A stretch of DNA of 64,000 nt from NCBI GenBank assembly GCA_048938105.1, contig JBHLMN010000008.1:160001-224000 (forward strand), given 5' to 3'. Positions 59,397 through 64,000 of the stretch are shown here, in pieces (within the stretch, counting starts at the first letter, position 1; the number at the start of each line of letters is the position of its first letter). The notes under the pieces are model-generated. The model did no database searches. It worked only from the letters and a program-made list of their open reading frames with translations, and was not told the origin of the DNA. Source of the stretch: Promethearchaeota archaeon (GTDB lineage Archaea > Asgardarchaeota > Heimdallarchaeia > Hodarchaeales > Hodarchaeaceae). A program made the translations under genes and the position numbers.

Positions 59397-60380
59397 TTAT
59401 TTCGGTTCCTTATAATAGGGATGTTCAGCTTCAAAGATGATTCTTCCTATTGTTTTTCGCAAATGGTAGTTCTCAGGATATATTTTAGCATTTTTTGACA
59501 GAGTAGGTTTTTGTCCAACTTGTCTTGAGAAAGTAAATTTTGTTATTTCCTCTCCTGATCTATCAACGTGTTGTCTTAGAGTTTTAAGATTAGGAAAGTT
59601 GTTATTCTCATCAGGAACTCCCTTTAATCGATGATTCGCAATGTCAACATATTTCTTAACGATTTCACAACCAATAAATCTTCGATTGAAATCTCTAGCT
59701 ACAATTGCAGTGGTTCCTGAGCCAATGAACGGGTCCAGTACAATATCATTTGGATCCGTCGTTGAAAGAATAATTCGAGCAACAAAATCTTCAGGAAATT
59801 GACAAGGATGTTCAGTTTGTTCTTCATGGTTGTGTTTGACATTTCTAAACGCCCAAACATCTCCAGGGTTCTTACCTCTTGGATCACTTGTAAACTTTCC
59901 ATAATCTTTACATTTACGATAATTCTTTTTCTTGGGATATATTTGAGGAACACGAATTTCATCCAAATGGAATTTGTAGGTTTCAGCCTTAGTAAACCAA
60001 AGAACAGTTTCATGACGATTAGAGAACTTATACTTAGCATGAGTCCCGTGTTGGCGAATCCAAACAATCCTATTTCTTGGAATAAAGCCTAAGTCAATAA
60101 AAATTGGAAAAAGCATAATGTCCCAAGGATAATGAGCACCTTTATTACCAACATACGTTCCAACTTGATAAAAAATGGATCCTGTGTTTTTTAGTATCCT
60201 TTTACATTCATTCAATACATATTTTGACCATTTCAGGTAATCATCCAAAGGATATCTTTTTTCGTATTCCTTACCAATGTTGTAAGGTGGAGAAGTGATT
60301 ATCAGATCAACATATTTCTCTGGGATCTTTTTGGAAAATTTAAGAAAATCCTCATTATAGATTTTGTTAAAAATGACCAT
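59397..60380 (-). CDS. Beta-class N4-cytosine DNA methyltransferase, M.BglII-like, orphan
   Basis: TSPPY and DPFIGSGTT motifs. GKNPGDVWAFRNV.HNHEE and PDENNNFPNLKTLRQ match my recollection of M.BglII (not verified by search). Confidence 0.85.
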   Translation of the reverse strand: MVIFNKIYNEDFLKFSKKIPEKYVDLIITSPPYNIGKEYEKRYPLDDYLKWSKYVLNECKRILKNTGSIFYQVGTYVGNKGAHYPWDIMLFPIFIDLGFIPRNRIVWIRQHGTHAKYKFSNRHETVLWFTKAETYKFHLDEIRVPQIYPKKKNYRKCKDYGKFTSDPRGKNPGDVWAFRNVKHNHEEQTEHPCQFPEDFVARIILSTTDPNDIVLDPFIGSGTTAIVARDFNRRFIGCEIVKKYVDIANHRLKGVPDENNNFPNLKTLRQHVDRSGEEITKFTFSRQVGQKPTLSKNAKIYPENYHLRKTIGRIIFEAEHPYYKEPK

Positions 60381-60397
60381 GAGAAAATAATACCTCT

Positions 60398-62143
60398 TTA
60401 TGGTTCTTCAGTCAAGTTGATTTCAATCCAATTACTAGTTATTTTTTCTATTCTTCCGAATCCTATTCTCTCAAGTTGGATTAAGTCAGCTTCATTAAAT
60501 TCTAAAACGGATTTTTCTATATATCCGCTTCTTTGAACTAATGAATGGGGATTAATGTCTTTCCCAATATATAAGGGACCAGGAATATTAATATCCATTT
60601 CAATACAATAATTAACTGGCACCCACTGGATTTTAGGAAAATTAAGTGACGGATTAGCATCATATCGTGCTTCTATAACATATTGGCCGCCTTTTAAATC
60701 CTTAATTTCATCAATGTGAATATTAACAAGATCTTTAAGTCTAATTATTTCTCCTAGAGATAAGATTTCTAGATCTCCTTGACTTATGTAAAAATTACCA
60801 TCATAAGGAATTGTACGACTCCCAAGTTCATTTGATTTCGGGTGAAAATCAAGTTGTACTTCATTTTCATTTAATCCTGAAACTCTTAGGGTTATTGGAT
60901 CTAAAACTGCAAAACATCTTTTAGCAATATTATCAACCATTTTCCTATTTAAAGCAAGAAGTATTGACAAGTCTACCTCTGACTGTCCTGTACTTAATTG
61001 CATTTCAAAGGCTAATTGACGAATAGTTTCAGGAATAATACCACGACGATGCATCCCAGAAAGAGTACTCAATCTGATATCGTTCCACTCTGATATAATC
61101 CCTTTCTCTATCAATTCTCTTATTTTTCTTTTTTGTACAGGTATATCTGATATCCTAAGCCTTGAAAAATGAATGAATTTTGGTGATCTAAGCTTAAGGA
61201 GGTCTCTGATGTGATTTTGCAATGGTACTTTTTGAACAAATTCTTCTGACCTTAAAACATGCGTAATCCCAAGTAATGAATCCTCTATTGAGACCGCGAA
61301 ATCATATAAAGGCCAAACGCGATATTTATCACCTTGTAAGCAATGGGGTGATTCTATCACACGCATTATAGAAGGATCACGCATTGCTGCATTTATATGA
61401 GACATATCGATCTTCAGTCGAAGTGCTAAAACCCCTTCTGGACTATCTTCTAACATTCTTTCCCATAATTCCATGTTCTCAAAAGTTGATAGATCTCGAT
61501 GATTACATTCTAATTTTTTGGCCCTACATTCCCGAACTATTTTTACAGGGCAGCTGCATACATAAGCATTCCCTTCTTTAATTAATTGTTGGGCATATTT
61601 ATAATAAATAGGTATCCTATCGGATTCATTAACTTCTTCATCCCATTGGATTCCCATATGACGATAATCATCACGAATTCTGTCATAATACTTCAGTTTA
61701 ACCTTACGAGGATTAGTATCTTCAAATCGCAGAATTAATTTTCCGTTATAACGTTTTGCATAATAATAATTGATGAAACCTGCATATCCATGTCCAATAT
61801 GCAAATATCCACTTGGCTCTGGTGGTAATCTTGTACACACTTTTCCTTCAATTGCTCCTTCGAGAGGAGGTAGTTCAGTCTTTTTTAATTTAATTTTTTT
61901 TTCTTTCTCAAAAATTTCTGGATATTTATCACGACAGGTTTGTTTTATTGTGTTAGCATCAAGTTTGTTAATTAAAGTAACTTTAGAAGCAACTAGCTTT
62001 GCCACTTCTTTCACTTGTCCCTTCAACTCTGGATATGCAGCAATAAGTGCTCCCATGACCGATCCCGTCTTCGCTTTGCCGTGAGTTAAGGCATTTTCGA
62101 ATACAAATCTATCAATGATCTTTTCAAGATTCAAAATTTCCAT
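60398..62143 (-). CDS. gltX: Glutamate--tRNA ligase, archaeal type
   Basis: RLPPEPSGYLHIGH, LRFEDTNP, YVCSC, RVWPLYDF, ITHVLR and RRGI.PE motifs; archaeal N-terminal extension. Confidence 0.93.
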   Translation of the reverse strand: MEILNLEKIIDRFVFENALTHGKAKTGSVMGALIAAYPELKGQVKEVAKLVASKVTLINKLDANTIKQTCRDKYPEIFEKEKKIKLKKTELPPLEGAIEGKVCTRLPPEPSGYLHIGHGYAGFINYYYAKRYNGKLILRFEDTNPRKVKLKYYDRIRDDYRHMGIQWDEEVNESDRIPIYYKYAQQLIKEGNAYVCSCPVKIVRECRAKKLECNHRDLSTFENMELWERMLEDSPEGVLALRLKIDMSHINAAMRDPSIMRVIESPHCLQGDKYRVWPLYDFAVSIEDSLLGITHVLRSEEFVQKVPLQNHIRDLLKLRSPKFIHFSRLRISDIPVQKRKIRELIEKGIISEWNDIRLSTLSGMHRRGIIPETIRQLAFEMQLSTGQSEVDLSILLALNRKMVDNIAKRCFAVLDPITLRVSGLNENEVQLDFHPKSNELGSRTIPYDGNFYISQGDLEILSLGEIIRLKDLVNIHIDEIKDLKGGQYVIEARYDANPSLNFPKIQWVPVNYCIEMDINIPGPLYIGKDINPHSLVQRSGYIEKSVLEFNEADLIQLERIGFGRIEKITSNWIEINLTEEP

Positions 62144-62343
62144 ACCTCTTCACTAGATGGTGAGAATTCTAGTTCTCATAAAGTGTACTAAGAATTTAGC
62201 AGCTTCAATAAATTCATTGGAAGTATCAAGCTCTAAATAAAGCTTATCAGAACGAATATGTAAATAGGGCGGTATTATAAATTTTATTAATTGCTAAGGA
62301 TTTTTCCCCGAAATAGAGTGAATTTAGAGTTAGGGTTTGTAAT

Positions 62344-63048
62344 ATGCAGAAATTATCCCTTGAAGATATAATAAACGAAGATCTGGAAGAATTTAAGAAT
62401 TGTCCAAAGTTTCATAATTGTGAGGATTGTGAAAAGCCAACCTGTGTCATGATAGTGGCAATTGCTGATTTTCCAACTAAAAATGGACATTTCAAAATTG
62501 TAGGATTTGTTAATAATAAAGATCGTGAAGAACACATTGCAATAATTAAGGGTGATATTTTAAATAAAGAAGGTATATTAACACGTGTTCACTCTGCATG
62601 TTTGACTGGAGATGCCTTAGGGTCTTTAAGGTGCGATTGTGGCCCCCAATTAATTCACTCTCTTAGTATGATTGAAAAAGAAAAGCTTGGAGTGGTACTC
62701 TATATGCAGCAAGAGGGGAGAGGGATAGGATTATTGAATAAGCTTCGGGCATATGCATTACAAGATAATGGTTTCGATACATACGATGCAAATGTTGTCC
62801 TAGGCTTTGGACCTGACCAACGAGATTATGAGGTTGCTGGGGAGATGCTTTCTAAATTAGGGGTAAAAAGCATCAAGTTATTAACGAATAATCCAGAAAA
62901 AATCAAACAACTAGAGGCTTACATAGAAATCCTGGAAAGAATCCCAATTGAATTACCTCTAACCAAGTATAATCTTAATTATATGGAAACAAAAAAATTA
63001 CGATTTGGTCACTATCTATCAGAACATATGAGAAAAAAATCTCCATGA
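62344..63048 (+). CDS. ribA: GTP cyclohydrolase II
   Basis: RVHSACLTGDALGSLRCDCG, QEGRGIGL.NK..AY.LQD and LLTNNPEK motifs. Confidence 0.93.
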   Translation: MQKLSLEDIINEDLEEFKNCPKFHNCEDCEKPTCVMIVAIADFPTKNGHFKIVGFVNNKDREEHIAIIKGDILNKEGILTRVHSACLTGDALGSLRCDCGPQLIHSLSMIEKEKLGVVLYMQQEGRGIGLLNKLRAYALQDNGFDTYDANVVLGFGPDQRDYEVAGEMLSKLGVKSIKLLTNNPEKIKQLEAYIEILERIPIELPLTKYNLNYMETKKLRFGHYLSEHMRKKSP

Positions 63049-63084
63049 AAAAAGCAATTTGATTTAACAAGGAAAGGGGTTTCA

Positions 63085-64000
63085 TTGAGTCAAGCAAAAC
63101 TACCAAAAGAAATTCAATTAGATATTATAAGAGAAAAACATCGTCAATTACCATCAATAATGAAAGAAAGCGGAATTGACTGCTGGTTAATTTTTATTCG
63201 AGAAACTGAGGCCAATCCAGATCCAATCATGGATTTAATTATTGGAGGAGATGTTGTGTGGGAATCAGCATTTATATTCAGTAATAATCATAATGGTTTT
63301 TCTAAGGTTGCTATTGTAGGAAATTTTGATGCACCAGCAGAGAGGAGAAAAGAGATCTGGGATAATGTCATAGCTTACAAGGAAGGGATCACAGAATCTC
63401 TAAGAGATTATATAAATGATATTAATCCTCAAAAAATAGCCCTTAATTATTCTGAAGATGATGTGGTTTCCGATGGTCTTTCCCATGGCATGTTTTTAAA
63501 AATCTCAAGCATTTTGACGAATAAAAAGGAGCAATTTATTACTGCAGCACCGATTATTCAGGCGGTCAGAGGAAGAAAAACTAAGACCGAAATAAAATTA
63601 ATTACAGAGGCCTGTAAATTAACTGAGAAGATTAATCACAGTATAACTTCGTTGTTAGAGCCTGGCATGTCTGAAACAGAGATTCAGAGACTATACCATG
63701 AGGAAATGGATCGGTTAGGAGTTACTGAAGCATGGCAAAGGATCTCCTGTCCTGCTATTGATGCAGGACCAGATAAAGAAATAGGGCATGTTGGTCCTTC
63801 CCCTGAACATTTTATAAAAAGAGGACACACTTTACACAATGATTTCGGTATTAAATTACAAGGATACTGCTCTGATCTACAAAGAATGTGGTTTTTTGGT
63901 ACAGAGATACCGATTGAGTTGAACCATGCTTTTGAAACTGTGCGTGATGCTATCCTCAAAGCTGCTGATTTTATTAAGCCTGGTGTCACGGGGTATTCTG
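63085..64000 (+). CDS. M24 family Xaa-Pro peptidase, truncated by the window end (absent from the ORF track)
   Basis: TTG at 63085 after GGAAAGGGG; reads (M)SQAKLPKEIQLDIIREK...GIDCWLIFIRET...RGRKTKTEI...GH.GP...HNDFGIKLQGYCSDLQRMWF and stays open to the window edge. Confidence 0.85.
   Translation, partial: MSQAKLPKEIQLDIIREKHRQLPSIMKESGIDCWLIFIRETEANPDPIMDLIIGGDVVWESAFIFSNNHNGFSKVAIVGNFDAPAERRKEIWDNVIAYKEGITESLRDYINDINPQKIALNYSEDDVVSDGLSHGMFLKISSILTNKKEQFITAAPIIQAVRGRKTKTEIKLITEACKLTEKINHSITSLLEPGMSETEIQRLYHEEMDRLGVTEAWQRISCPAIDAGPDKEIGHVGPSPEHFIKRGHTLHNDFGIKLQGYCSDLQRMWFFGTEIPIELNHAFETVRDAILKAADFIKPGVTGYS

Noticed and set aside
114-63989. Numerous short ORF-track entries antisense to or nested in long genes (e.g. 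114-449, 11959-12399, 59699-60067, 63684-63989)
   Set aside because: They overlap well-supported genes and show no motifs; treated as shadow ORFs. 63684-63989 is antisense to the M24 peptidase.
1-64000. tRNA, rRNA, CRISPR array, transposase or integrase
   Set aside because: No cloverleaf-like GC-rich segments, regularly spaced repeats or recombinase motifs were seen by eye; a tRNAscan/Infernal/CRISPR search would be needed to exclude them formally.

Overview
AT-rich, gene-dense archaeal chromosomal window, most plausibly from an Asgard archaeon (Heimdallarchaeia-like). This is inferred from an archaeal-type GluRS, a Ras-superfamily small GTPase, and several secreted proteins ending in a Ser/Thr linker, a PGF/PSW-like motif, a TM helix and a basic tail. 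From left to right: (1) an uncharacterised membrane operon (1-10.2 kb) with a giant degenerate-M28-peptidase/FtsX-permease fusion, an orphan protein and two OPT-like polytopic proteins; (2) a ~22 kb alpha-glucan locus (10.2-32.6 kb) with a GT-C glycosyltransferase fused to a glucodextranase DOMON-like domain, two surface-anchored GH57s, a surface-anchored MapP-like sugar-phosphate phosphatase, a debranching enzyme, a cytosolic/secreted pair of E-set esterases, a GH13 and a GPH-family MFS transporter; (3) a bacterial-order prpBCDE methylcitrate operon whose PrpC lacks the catalytic His; (4) a corrinoid protein/homocysteine methyltransferase/MttB operon; (5) mixed accessory genes, including two orphan DNA methyltransferases, a displaced decayed duplicate of a gene 3' end, a small GTPase and a MacB-type ABC system; (6) gltX, ribA and a truncated M24 peptidase. 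I saw no rRNA, tRNA, CRISPR array, transposase or integrase. All family calls come from motif recognition by eye; no searches were run.
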